Origin: a candidate division FCPU426 bacterium
GTDB lineage: Bacteria > Oederibacteriota > Muellerivitia > Muellerivitales > Muellerivitaceae
Direction: 5' to 3'
DNA length: 64,000 nucleotides
NCBI GenBank assembly: GCA_963796105.1
Contig: CAWCKJ010000004.1
Coordinates: 864,001-928,000, forward strand
A model generated the notes under the pieces. That model did not search any database. It was given only the letters and a program-made list of their open reading frames with translations, and had not been told where the DNA came from. Made by a program: the position numbers and the translations under genes. Below are positions 31,428 through 40,952 of this stretch, in pieces; the stretch's first letter is position 1, and the number at the start of each line of letters is the position of its first letter.

Positions 31428-31913
31428 ATGAAGTATTCGGAACGAGTTGAGAAGATCAAGGAATACGGGAACGTCGCAAGGGATCTGCCGGAAATCCTCG
31501 TGAAATTCCCGCGAACTATGTGGAATTACAAACCCGATCCGGGGCGATGGTGTGTGCACGAAATCCTCTTTCACCTTCTTGATACCGAGGCCAACCTCTA
31601 TGTCCGTTACCGCGCCGCCCTGGCCGAGCCGGGAAAAACAATTATGCCTTTCGACCAGGACCGCTGGTCCAAGGAGCTGGATTACAAGGGCAAGGATGTG
31701 GAATTCGCCATTGACGGGTTAAGGTGGATGATCCGCGCCAATACGGACCTTCTTTTAGCCCAGCCTGAGAAGGCGTTTGAACGCGATATCACTCACCCGG
31801 AACGGGGTTCCTTGACATTGGACCGCATGTTGGAAACCTATCTGGGCCATATTCCCCACCATATCGGGCAGATGAATAAACGCCTGACCGAATGGAAAGC
31901 ATTGGGAAATTAA
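31428..31913 (+). CDS. DinB/YfiT-family protein
   Basis: W.VHEILFHLLD.E, FDQD.W and H..HH..Q motifs. Confidence 0.88.
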   Translation: MKYSERVEKIKEYGNVARDLPEILVKFPRTMWNYKPDPGRWCVHEILFHLLDTEANLYVRYRAALAEPGKTIMPFDQDRWSKELDYKGKDVEFAIDGLRWMIRANTDLLLAQPEKAFERDITHPERGSLTLDRMLETYLGHIPHHIGQMNKRLTEWKALGN

Positions 31914-31961
31914 AAACTGGCAAAACTTCATTTTCACCACAGCGGTGCTACGCATCACACA

Positions 31962-32039
31962 TGCCAGCCTTCCATAAGTCTGTTTATGAGGCTGGTATAG
32001 TACCGATTTCTAAATTTTATTTTATATGGATAATCGGCA
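31962..32039 (+). repeat. Two-hairpin MITE-like element, copy B
   Basis: Same termini, CA flanks and stems as copy A. Confidence 0.9.
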
Positions 32040-32159
32040 CAAAGACTCAGCTTTAACCTAACAAAATTAAAGAAATATTTTTACTATCTACGACCCTTCG
32101 CTGTGGTACGAAGGGTTCTGTGGTTCCGATGGAACCTGTGGTAAATTCTTTTTTCCCCG

Positions 32160-32546
32160 ATGTATCATACTTTCATGATCCGTAAAACCAGCCTCAGCGT
32201 CCTTGCTTTCACTTATCTCTTTTTGGGGATTTACCATTTTACCCGCTTTGATTATTTCCTGAGCTTGGTACCCCAATTTCTCCCTGCCCGCACAGCATTC
32301 ACTGCAATCTCTGGATCTTTGGATATTTTAGCGGCGGTATTGATTCCATTCCGAGCTACCCGGAAAGCGGCCTGCTACGTGCTTTTGGCTCTCTTGGTAT
32401 TTGTTTTCCCCTTCAATCTTTACATCATCTGTTCGGGCGGGGCTGGTATTCCACTTCCGAGGTGGGAACTGATAGCGCGCATTCCCTTCCAATTTCTATT
32501 GATGACTTGGATTTATTGGCATAGCCGGGATGAAAAAATAGATTAA
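32160..32546 (+). CDS. DoxX-like membrane protein
   Basis: G..HF...P, VFP.N and RIPFQ...W..W pattern. Confidence 0.8.
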   Translation: MYHTFMIRKTSLSVLAFTYLFLGIYHFTRFDYFLSLVPQFLPARTAFTAISGSLDILAAVLIPFRATRKAACYVLLALLVFVFPFNLYIICSGGAGIPLPRWELIARIPFQFLLMTWIYWHSRDEKID

Positions 32547-33736
32547 AAAACCTCTCCAGCATGGAGAGCCTTGAAGAATTGGTCTAAGGGAAGGATATCC
32601 AAACCTCGGCTGTGATAGGACCTTTCCCCCATGTAAACACCGATCATCCGGTCCAATTTCAAATTTCCCAGGGTGGAGAGGGAACGCATGGGTTTTTCCC
32701 ATCCCGGGTCCCATCGCTTGGAGGATTTGACCTCGATTGCCACCGCCCTTGGCGGAGTTCCCGGCCTCTTTGAGGATGTTTCCACGATGAAATCCACTTC
32801 CACGCCCGCCGGTGAATGGTAATAGTAGAAAGGCCTGTGCCGGTTACCGGTTTGGTTGAAGACCCTCATTTCATGGTAAACCAGGGTTTCGAGGGCGAAA
32901 CCCCGCCAACTCCCGTCCACAGGGTCCCGCAGCAGTCCCGCCGCCGCCCGTGCCACGCCGGGGTCGAACCAATAAAACTTGGGCCGGGTGGTTTCACGGA
33001 CTTTGAAGCCCGGGCGCCATGCCGGGAGATCGTGTGCCAGGAGGGTATCGCGCAGGATTCCAAAATAGGTATCCACCGTACTGCGGGAAACCGAGGCTTC
33101 CCGGGCGATATTCTGGGCGTTGAGTATTTGGCCGTTGATCCTCCCCGCTACCGTGAGAAACCGGACGAACGGCTGGACGTTCCTAAGAAGGCCCTCCGCC
33201 ATCAATTCCTCCCTCAAATAAGTCGTTACGTAAGCGGATAGGATTTCCACCGCCTGGTCCGGTTCGTTATGGATGAATGGCAAGGTTCCCTGGTCCAACG
33301 CCTTGTCCAGGCGGTAGGCGGACTTAAGTTCGGCCCAGGAAAAGCCTTCCATTGAATACGTCAAGGCCCGGCCGGCCAGCAAGTTGGCGCCGCCGCGCCT
33401 CAACTTTCTCGCGGAGGAACCGCACAAAGCGAAGCGCCAACCCCGGTCCTCCATCAGCCGGTGGACTTCATCCAAAAGGGAAGGAATCTTTTGGACCTCG
33501 TCCAATACGACCCAGGATTGGCGCGGGAGATTCCCCAGGAGCGATTCCAAGCGGTGGGGATCGGAGGAAAGTTCCAGGTAAAGGGAAGCGTCCAATAGGT
33601 CCAAGCGGGGAGCGCCTGCGAAGGCCTTCTTTAACCAGGTGCTTTTGCCTGTTCCCCGGGGGCCGAACAGGAAAAAGGAACGGGTTGGTTTTTCAAGCAG
33701 CCTATGGATGGAGGAAAAAACGGTCATAAACACCAA
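32543..33736 (-). CDS. AAA+ ATPase with DUF4143 and a C-terminal nuclease-like motif (COG1373)
   Basis: GPRGTGKST, LDEVQ, GSSARKL, LAGRA, KFYWFD.G and EVDF...AIEVK. Confidence 0.9.
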   Translation of the reverse strand: MVFMTVFSSIHRLLEKPTRSFFLFGPRGTGKSTWLKKAFAGAPRLDLLDASLYLELSSDPHRLESLLGNLPRQSWVVLDEVQKIPSLLDEVHRLMEDRGWRFALCGSSARKLRRGGANLLAGRALTYSMEGFSWAELKSAYRLDKALDQGTLPFIHNEPDQAVEILSAYVTTYLREELMAEGLLRNVQPFVRFLTVAGRINGQILNAQNIAREASVSRSTVDTYFGILRDTLLAHDLPAWRPGFKVRETTRPKFYWFDPGVARAAAGLLRDPVDGSWRGFALETLVYHEMRVFNQTGNRHRPFYYYHSPAGVEVDFIVETSSKRPGTPPRAVAIEVKSSKRWDPGWEKPMRSLSTLGNLKLDRMIGVYMGERSYHSRGLDILPLDQFFKALHAGEVF

Positions 33737-33829
33737 TCCGATGTTGTAAATTTACAATGCAATATTACAACAAGGTAGTCATATTTCATAGTCCCTTTTC
33801 ATACACATCATTCCCAGAATGATATAACC

Positions 33830-33972
33830 CATGTCTTATTTGCTTTATTGCCTTGTTGGGCGGGGCGGGGATTCCATTGCCGAGGTGGGAACTGATAACC
33901 CGCATACCCTTTCAACTTCTATTGATGACTTGGATTTACTGGCATAGTCGGGATGGGATGAATACAAAATAA
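33830..33972 (+). pseudogene. Diverged remnant of the DoxX gene 3' end
   Basis: Translates GGAGIPLPRWELITRIPFQLLLMTWIYWHSRDGMNTK*, near-identical to the end of 32160-32546. Confidence 0.85.
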
Positions 33973-34145
33973 TGATTGAGTTGTCCAACCAGGGTCCCCG
34001 TCGTGGACAACCTAATTCATTTCAAAATGGTTAATGGTGGCCAGATTCCTTAGTTCTTATTGAGTGAACAAGCTAACATATTTTTGAATTATTCTTCGAG
34101 GGAAAGGTCATTCTCAAGAAGGGTCTTCAGATTAGAACAGCTTTT

Positions 34146-35609
34146 TTATTGAGATGCGGGAAGATCTATTGTCCGAATTTGCCTGGGTATCACTTCAATA
34201 CGGTCTCGTATTTCAACCCCTTTTATCCAGTGAATCACACCGGTGATGCAAACCTTTTTATCAGACATATCCATGCTCAGTTGCTTTGGTTCAACATCCA
34301 TCCACTTTACAACCTTATTTTCCCCAATGGTAACAGGCTGGTCAAAATTGATCCTCCAGCCGGTAGTTTCACCGCCAATAGCCGCTAACCCACCTTTTAA
34401 AATCCCTTGAACGGTAATGGGATTTCCCTCAACCTCTAATCGGATTAAATCCAATTCTTTTTCATATTTACTATTAGGGGCTTCTGAAACTTCGTAGTAT
34501 TTTTTGGCTAGTTCAATGTTTTGAGGGACACCCAGTGCCTCTTCATAGGATCGAGCCAGATAATAGGCAGCATCTATGTGACCCTGATCGGCTTTTTTTT
34601 GTAACCAACCGACTATATCTGATATTTCCGTGGATGACATTTGATTTTTAAAATCTTGCAACATAAACCATAGACTGATTTCCGCTTCATTAAAACCACC
34701 ATCAGCCGACATTTCATAATATTTTTCCGCATTGACATAATCTCGGTTGAGGCCGAATCGAAAAGGAAAGTTACCACTTTTTAAATAATAATTACCTAAT
34801 TCAAAATCTGCTACAGGATTGCCCCTATCAGCAGATTTTTGAAGCCAAGACTTGGCCGCTTCCCGATCAGGATTAGGCAAATTAAGCTCGTGTTGGGCTT
34901 GCCTGAGCTCAAAGTCGCCTGGTTTATCGTTTGGTTTTTTCTCATTCCATGTCAATTCGTCGAGACATCTTTGGGAGTTGGAGTCACCTTCTGCAGCTGC
35001 TTTACGCCACCATTTTAAAGCCTCCTGGTCATCTTTTGGCACCCCTTCTCCCATATGGTAAAAAAGACCAATTTCAAAATAACAATCACCTTTTTTATAC
35101 CATTCGAAAGCTTTCGGATAATCACGCAATACGTTTTTGTAATGATCACCCAAGGCATTGGCCCCTTTTTTATTTCCCAAGTTCGCTGCCCTTTGAAACC
35201 ACTTCATGGCTTCAACAGGATTGTAGTGGTCAACGCCATGTCCCCACTCATAGCAATAACCTAAATTGACAAAGGCATCGGTGTTTCCAAGGTTTGCCCC
35301 TCTTTGATACCATTTGAAACTTTCTTTGTTATTTTGATAATACTTTGCGCTACCCTCCAATTTGGATTCCCCATGTCTTCCTCCGATTAACTCTCCAATA
35401 CGGTTGGCCGCAGCGCCGTTTCCTTTTTTAAATGCAATTCGATAAAACATTAATGCTTGGGTGTAATCACCTGTTTTTTCGGTTTCAACACCCTTTTCAA
35501 ATTCATCGGATTCCGTAGAAGTTTGCCCTCGAAGAAACAAAGAGGAGCCCACAAAAATTCCAAAACTTAAAATCACCAACAAAATCAAATTAGAAAATAT
35601 TTTTATCAT
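34146..35609 (-). CDS. Exported Sel1-repeat protein, AT-rich
   Basis: N-terminal hydrophobic segment; repeated LG..Y..G.GV....EA..W...AA..G. Confidence 0.88.
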   Translation of the reverse strand: MIKIFSNLILLVILSFGIFVGSSLFLRGQTSTESDEFEKGVETEKTGDYTQALMFYRIAFKKGNGAAANRIGELIGGRHGESKLEGSAKYYQNNKESFKWYQRGANLGNTDAFVNLGYCYEWGHGVDHYNPVEAMKWFQRAANLGNKKGANALGDHYKNVLRDYPKAFEWYKKGDCYFEIGLFYHMGEGVPKDDQEALKWWRKAAAEGDSNSQRCLDELTWNEKKPNDKPGDFELRQAQHELNLPNPDREAAKSWLQKSADRGNPVADFELGNYYLKSGNFPFRFGLNRDYVNAEKYYEMSADGGFNEAEISLWFMLQDFKNQMSSTEISDIVGWLQKKADQGHIDAAYYLARSYEEALGVPQNIELAKKYYEVSEAPNSKYEKELDLIRLEVEGNPITVQGILKGGLAAIGGETTGWRINFDQPVTIGENKVVKWMDVEPKQLSMDMSDKKVCITGVIHWIKGVEIRDRIEVIPRQIRTIDLPASQ

Positions 35610-35783
35610 AAATTTGCCTTTAAAGTTCTTTTGCCAATTACTGGCCTGGTTAGATTTGAACTGGCCCCAAAGGCTGTTATCAAAAGAAGTAAGTATATTT
35701 TTTTATCGTTTCACCAACCTTTCCAATAACACTTGTCCCCTACGACTCCCCGTGGTGAACAACTATTTTAAACCTCTCCTAAA

Positions 35784-36473
35784 TCATCTTTTACTTTGTC
35801 CAACTTGGTTTGCTTGTTTTTCGATCAGGTGGGATTCCCAAATGTGGACGCCGGAGAGTTGTTGGCGCGCGAGGTTGACCATGGCCTTGGCGATGGTCTG
35901 GGCCTGGATGGGGCGGTATTTCTTGAAAGGCCCGATAAACAGGGGGGAAAGGGGCTTTAACACCTTCTCCATGAATCTTTCGGAGGGCCGGCGCTCCTTG
36001 CGGTCCTTTTCGCCTAGTATGAAAGAAGGCCTCATGATATGGACGGCCTGGAAGGGAACCGCGCTGACCGCTTCTTCCATCTCGCCCTTGAGGCGGCTGT
36101 AAAACAACGATGAATTGGGATTGGCGCCCATGGAGGAAACCACCAGGAACTGACGGGAACCGTTTTTCAAGGAGATCTTGGCGAGGGAGAGGACGTATTC
36201 AAAATCCACCTTGCGGTAAGCCTGGAGGGAAGGTGTTTTCTGCCGGGTGGTGCCTAGACAGCAATAAACGGCGTTGGCTTTGGTGTTTTTAATGAACTTT
36301 TCCAGCAGGTCGAAGTCCACCACGATTTCACGGAGTTTCGGATGGGTTATTCCCTGCGGGGTGCGGACCAGCGAAATGACTTTGTCATATTGGGGATTTT
36401 CTAATATTTCCCGCAGGCAGTAGCCACCCACTAATCCGCTGGCTCCCGCGATCAAGGCCGTCTTTTGGGTCAT
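35784..36473 (-). CDS. NAD(P)-binding oxidoreductase (YraR/TIP30-like)
   Basis: GASGLVG, CCLGTT, VSSMGA, Y.RLKG..E and RPS motifs. Confidence 0.88.
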   Translation of the reverse strand: MTQKTALIAGASGLVGGYCLREILENPQYDKVISLVRTPQGITHPKLREIVVDFDLLEKFIKNTKANAVYCCLGTTRQKTPSLQAYRKVDFEYVLSLAKISLKNGSRQFLVVSSMGANPNSSLFYSRLKGEMEEAVSAVPFQAVHIMRPSFILGEKDRKERRPSERFMEKVLKPLSPLFIGPFKKYRPIQAQTIAKAMVNLARQQLSGVHIWESHLIEKQANQVGQSKR

Positions 36474-36580
36474 AGGCTAACCTCTTATCCCACAAGCATA
36501 AAGGATGGCGGGAATTTGGTGTAGGGTTTTTAGTACACCAATATTTTTAGTAAAAGCTTTTCAAACAATATTTTTTGGTT

Positions 36581-36633
36581 GTTATTGCGAGGAGTGGCCG
36601 CCGAATAAGCGGACTCATACGAGGAAGCAACCC
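36581..36633 (+). repeat. GTCATTGCGAG-type palindromic repeat, left arm
   Basis: GTTATTGCGAGGAG...GAATAAGCGG...GAAGCAACCC, paralogous to 29743-29795. Confidence 0.75.
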
Positions 36634-36687
36634 CAGTTTAAATAAGCCTTTAAATAGGCCCTAATCGAACGGCTAACTGTGGTCGCA

Positions 36688-36716
36688 TGCCAGCTTTCAA
36701 TAATGCTGAAAATTGT
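36688..36716 (+). repeat. Truncated left end of the two-hairpin element
   Basis: CA|TGCCAGCTTTC, then divergence; right half absent. Confidence 0.45.
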
Positions 36717-36812
36717 TTTCTAAAGCCGCAATTTTGTCCTCAATTTCTGTAGAATCAAAATTCGAACTACCCAACAGGTTGTGGATATCCTGATTTCAAA
36801 GGTTTTAAACCA

Positions 36813-37289
36813 ATGAAAATATTGCATGTTTTAAGCGGGGATTTCGTGACGGGCGCGGAAACATCAACCGTCGCTCTTATCGAAAGGCAAACCGAGGCCG
36901 GCCACCAGGTTTTCGTGGCGGCGGGCAAATTCGAGCATGAGGTGGAAGCTGCTTTTATTCCTGTTTCCATCTATGACCGGGGCTGGTTCAAAAGGTTACT
37001 CAATGTCCGGGCGCTGATCAAAGTCATCCGAAAGGAAAAAATCGATATCGTCCACGCCCATTCCCGCGCGGCCAGTTGGGTTTCCTACTGGGCCTGCCGC
37101 CTGACCCGCACTCCTTACCTTTCCACCCTGCATGGCCGCCAGCACCTGCATTTTTCAAACAAGAACTTCAACGTATATGGGAAAAAATGCGCGGTCATGT
37201 GCGAGAACATCCGTGAACAAATACTGAAAGAAACCAAAATCTTCAAACCGGAGCAATTGATTGTCATCCGCAACGGCATCCTCCAGTAA
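36813..37289 (+). CDS. GT4 glycosyltransferase, N-terminal domain only
   Basis: MKILHVL...GAE, DIVHAHSR, STLHG and VIRNG. Confidence 0.85.
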   Translation: MKILHVLSGDFVTGAETSTVALIERQTEAGHQVFVAAGKFEHEVEAAFIPVSIYDRGWFKRLLNVRALIKVIRKEKIDIVHAHSRAASWVSYWACRLTRTPYLSTLHGRQHLHFSNKNFNVYGKKCAVMCENIREQILKETKIFKPEQLIVIRNGILQ

Positions 37290-38595
37290 CCCCCTGGTTT
37301 TAATCGTCGGCAGGCTTTCGGGCCCCAAAAACGAGGTCATCCTGCGCTACCTGCGGGAGGCAGTAATTCCCGCGGCAACGGCCGATTCGACCTTGAGGGT
37401 GGCTGTGGTTGGAGGACCGGTGGGCGACGAACACCGGCAATTAGAGAAAGACCACCCATTCCTGAAGTTCGAGGGTTTCCAACCGGATCTCAAGCCCTTT
37501 TATGAAAAGGCCACCCTAGTCATCGGGGCGGGACGGGTGGCATTGGAAGCCATGGCCCATCAAAGGCCTGTGATCGCCGTTGGGGAACAAAAATACATCG
37601 GACCCCTCCTTCCCAATGCGGTGGAGGAAGCCAAGGCCACCAACTTCGGAGATTGCGAGGAAGGCACCCACTTCGATTGGGCCCGGGCAGCACAAGATCT
37701 TAAAAAGATGCTAGGGGACAAGGCCTTGCGTGAGGAGGCTGTCCGAACGGGAACCGCTTTGCTCCAGGCCGAGTACGACATGCGGAAGCTTTATCCCAAG
37801 GTCGAGGAACTTTACCGGGACGTTATTCTTCACGGAAATCTTTCCAGTCTATGTGAGATACCGGTCCTGATGTACCACCGGGTGGTCGAGAAGGAACCGG
37901 CTCTCGCCAAGTTTAATATCCATATCACCAATGATAACTTTGAGAAACACCTATTGTTCCTTCAAAAGAACGGGTTCACCCCCATCACTTTCGGGGACTT
38001 GTTGGAAAAGAAAATACCCTCCAAGCCAATCATCCTGACTTTCGATGATGGCTATGAGGATAATTATCTTCATCTTTACCCGCTTCTTCGCCGGTACGGC
38101 ATGAAGGCGGTGATTTATCTTTTAGGGGACAGGTCCATCCGGACGAATACATGGGATACCCCTAAGGGAGAACCGGAGACGCCCTTATTGAACGAAAAGC
38201 AGATCCTTGAAATGGCCAAAAGCGGAACAGTGGAATTCGGGGGCCATTCCATGACCCATTCAAGCCTGCCAGGACTTTCCAAGGAAAGCCTGGATCGGGA
38301 AGTAAGGGATTGCAAGAAATCCCTGGAGGGTCTGCTTGGGAAGCCGGTTGTGTCCTTTGCCTACCCTTATGGGGACTATAATGCAGAAACCCAAAAGGCC
38401 GTGGCCGAGGCCGGTTATCAATTCGGCGTGGCGGTGGAGGGGGGGCCTGCTTGTTTCGCTAAGGACCTCATGGCGATCCGGCGCATCCATATTTTTCCGG
38501 ATACCGGAGGCTTCGACTTTTACAAGAAAACCAGCGGGTGTTATTTAAGGTACAAGAAATTATTTGGGTTGCTTAAACCCTGGAAAAAACTATAA
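37261..38595 (+). CDS. GT-B C-terminal domain fused to a NodB polysaccharide deacetylase
   Basis: VGRLSGPK and GRVALEAMA; then PVLMYHR, LTFDDGY, GGHSMTH and FAYPYG. Confidence 0.87.
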   Translation: MSSATASSSNPLVLIVGRLSGPKNEVILRYLREAVIPAATADSTLRVAVVGGPVGDEHRQLEKDHPFLKFEGFQPDLKPFYEKATLVIGAGRVALEAMAHQRPVIAVGEQKYIGPLLPNAVEEAKATNFGDCEEGTHFDWARAAQDLKKMLGDKALREEAVRTGTALLQAEYDMRKLYPKVEELYRDVILHGNLSSLCEIPVLMYHRVVEKEPALAKFNIHITNDNFEKHLLFLQKNGFTPITFGDLLEKKIPSKPIILTFDDGYEDNYLHLYPLLRRYGMKAVIYLLGDRSIRTNTWDTPKGEPETPLLNEKQILEMAKSGTVEFGGHSMTHSSLPGLSKESLDREVRDCKKSLEGLLGKPVVSFAYPYGDYNAETQKAVAEAGYQFGVAVEGGPACFAKDLMAIRRIHIFPDTGGFDFYKKTSGCYLRYKKLFGLLKPWKKL

Positions 38596-38611
38596 GGAAC
38601 TTGGATCAGGC

Positions 38612-39418
38612 ATGAAAAAACCGTTGTTGAAACTCTCCATCGTTATCATCACCCGCAATGAGGAAACCCATATCGGTTCCTGCCTGAAGAGCCTGAAATT
38701 CTCCCGGGATTGCTTCAAAAGCTTGGAAACCATCGTGGTGGACGCCGAAAGTGGGGACCAAACTACAACTATTGCCAAGAAACTGGGGGCGAAAGTTTTT
38801 GTCCGCCCCTGGAAGGGATACTCAGACCAGAAAAACTGGGCCCTCGCCAAGTGCAAGGGGGATTGGATCCTTTCCCTGGACGCGGATGAGGAACTGACCC
38901 CGGAATTGATCAATGAAATCGAGAAAAAAATCCCTGAAACCCCGCAAGATGTGGCGGGTTATTTCATCAAGCGCAGGGCTTTTTTCCTGGGCAAGTGGAT
39001 CAAACATTGTGGATGGTGGCCTGACGCCCAGCTTCGCCTGATCAAAAGGGGTTCTGGCCGGTTCACGGATGAACTTGTGCATGAGGGCTTGGAAGTGGGA
39101 GGGAAAACCCTCGAATTCAACGAGCCCATGAACCATTTCACTTACGATTCCATCAGCCAATACCTGGACAAGATGAACCGCTATTCGAGCCTGGCGCTTT
39201 TGGAAATGAAGCAGAAAAAGAAAATTTTCTGGTGGTTCTACATGACGGCCGCCCCTTTCCTCACCTTTTTCCGGATGTATATCTCGAGAAGGGGTTTCCT
39301 GGATGGTTGGCACGGTTTGGCCGTCTGCGGGCTTTCGTCTTTCCACGATTTCGCCAAGTACGCCAAGCTTTGGGAAAAAGAGGTTTTAAAACGCGCTCCA
39401 GCTGGAAGAACCGTCTAA
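38612..39418 (+). CDS. GT2 glycosyltransferase (KdtX/WaaE-like, LPS core)
   Basis: ITRNEE, QKNWAL, WILSLDADE, VHE, RGFLDG and KYAKLWE. Confidence 0.88.
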   Translation: MKKPLLKLSIVIITRNEETHIGSCLKSLKFSRDCFKSLETIVVDAESGDQTTTIAKKLGAKVFVRPWKGYSDQKNWALAKCKGDWILSLDADEELTPELINEIEKKIPETPQDVAGYFIKRRAFFLGKWIKHCGWWPDAQLRLIKRGSGRFTDELVHEGLEVGGKTLEFNEPMNHFTYDSISQYLDKMNRYSSLALLEMKQKKKIFWWFYMTAAPFLTFFRMYISRRGFLDGWHGLAVCGLSSFHDFAKYAKLWEKEVLKRAPAGRTV

Positions 39419-39491
39419 TTCAAGCTGGGATTCACATCCGCTAAATAATTTCAGGGTATTAAAAATAAAAGGCATTAAAAAAACCATGTCT

Positions 39492-39689
39492 TAGCCACGG
39501 ATACATGGGATTTATGGGATTTAACAAGTCCAAATATTTAAAGCCTTTTCTCTTAACCCAATCTAAATGCATGCCCACTAAAACGGCAAAGCCGTTTTCT
39601 CATTAAAGCTTTCAATGAAAGTTCGGTATAGTGCCGATTTCATTAACTGCTTTAGGAGTGAATCGGCACATCCCCTAGATCCGTGGCTA
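39492..39689. repeat. REPIN-like host repeat, inverted paralogue of ~31135-31311
   Basis: 11-bp terminal IR TAGCCACGGAT/ATCCGTGGCTA; the interior aligns with the reverse complement of 31135-31311. Confidence 0.8.
39572..39668 (+). repeat. Two-hairpin element, copy C, with an extra nested micro-hairpin
   Basis: CA|TGCC...GGCA|CA; insert AAAACGGC-AAA-GCCGTTTT in arm 1. Confidence 0.85.
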
Positions 39690-39770
39690 GGTATTGTTTT
39701 AAGAATATCTTTTTTTATCAGACTATTGGTTTTTCTGGCATTAAAAATTAAGCTCTTCTCTGGGCCTCTG

Positions 39771-39850
39771 TGCCGATTATTCGTATATAAAATAAAATTT
39801 GGAAATCGGTACGATACCATCCTCATAAACAGTTTTATGGATGGCTGGCA
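39771..39850 (-). repeat. Two-hairpin element, copy D
   Basis: TG|TGCCGAT...GCTGGCA|TG; reverse complement closely matches copy B including its flank. Confidence 0.9.
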
Positions 39851-39908
39851 TGTGTGGTGCGAAGCACCGCTGTGGTAAATATTGTCTTAGCTTTTGGGGA
39901 GGATTCAA

Positions 39909-40220
39909 ATGGGGGAGTCAGCACAAATTGACGTGGCCCAAGCGAAGGAACTACAGGCCTCCGGCGCAGTTTTCGTGGATATCAGGGACCCCGCTTCCTA
40001 CGAGGCGGCACATATTCCGGGCGCCCTGCGTTTGAGCGATGCTAACATCCAAGATTTCATTCAAAAAACCGACAAATCCAAACCCGTAGTGGTTTATTGC
40101 TATCACGGCAATAACAGCCAGGGCGGCGCTGCCTATCTGATGGACCAGGATTTCCAGAAGGTTTACAGCCTCATCGGGGGTTTCGAACGCTGGCGCCAAA
40201 CAGAGAAAATAGAAAGCTGA
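39909..40220 (+). CDS. glpE: Thiosulfate sulfurtransferase GlpE (single-domain rhodanese)
   Basis: VDIRD..SY...HIPGA, CYHGNNSQ and SL.GGF..W. Confidence 0.9.
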   Translation: MGESAQIDVAQAKELQASGAVFVDIRDPASYEAAHIPGALRLSDANIQDFIQKTDKSKPVVVYCYHGNNSQGGAAYLMDQDFQKVYSLIGGFERWRQTEKIES

Positions 40221-40222
40221 TC

Positions 40223-40684
40223 ATGACCCGGAATTACTGGCTGATGAAGGCCGAACAGGACGTTTATCCCGTCGAGCAATGGAAGAAGGACAAGGTTAAC
40301 TTCTGGGATGGGGTCCGAAACTACACCGCCCGCAACTTCATGCGGGACCGGATGAAAAAGGGCGATGGGATGCTCTTCTACTATTCCGGCGGAAAACCCA
40401 GCGGTATCGCGGGGATGGGTGAGATCGTAAAAGAAGGCTACCCCGACCATACGGCTTTTGACCCCAAGGACATCCATTTCGACGAGAAGAGCGATCCCGA
40501 AAAACCCACCTGGTACATGGTGGATGTGAGGTTCGTGAAGGCCTGCGAGCAGGTGATCCCTCTGGATTTCCTCAAGAAAATACCCGAATTGAAAAACATG
40601 GTGCTTTTCAAGAATTCCCGCCTATCGGTCCAACCGGTGACCCAAACCGAGTGGGAGATTATTCGCAGGTTGATCGATAACTAG
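40223..40684 (+). CDS. EVE domain protein
   Basis: YWLMK.E, WDGVRNY.ARNFMR and RLSVQPV. Confidence 0.93.
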   Translation: MTRNYWLMKAEQDVYPVEQWKKDKVNFWDGVRNYTARNFMRDRMKKGDGMLFYYSGGKPSGIAGMGEIVKEGYPDHTAFDPKDIHFDEKSDPEKPTWYMVDVRFVKACEQVIPLDFLKKIPELKNMVLFKNSRLSVQPVTQTEWEIIRRLIDN

Positions 40685-40766
40685 CAATAAAACATCTCAT
40701 CAACTACGAACAAAAAACAAGAGAAGATTAAAATCCCCTTCATCGGCAGCCTTAAATGCTGCTTGC

Positions 40767-40952
40767 TCAACCATTGGATTCCTCATCCAATGGTTCCCAT
40801 ATTCGGGGATCGCTGTCACGAATCAATTCCTGGGCCAATTCCCCAGCCAGTTGAGCGTATGTTTCTGGGGAAATCCCTTGGGCTTCCAGTATCATGGTTT
40901 GGTTCACGGCCTTCATTAGGTTTTGGGCCAGCTTTTGGGCCCGCTTTTCCAC
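40767..40952 (-). CDS. Small hypothetical protein
   Basis: 61-aa helical-looking ORF convergent with EVE; no family recognised. Confidence 0.5.
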   Translation of the reverse strand: MEKRAQKLAQNLMKAVNQTMILEAQGISPETYAQLAGELAQELIRDSDPRIWEPLDEESNG

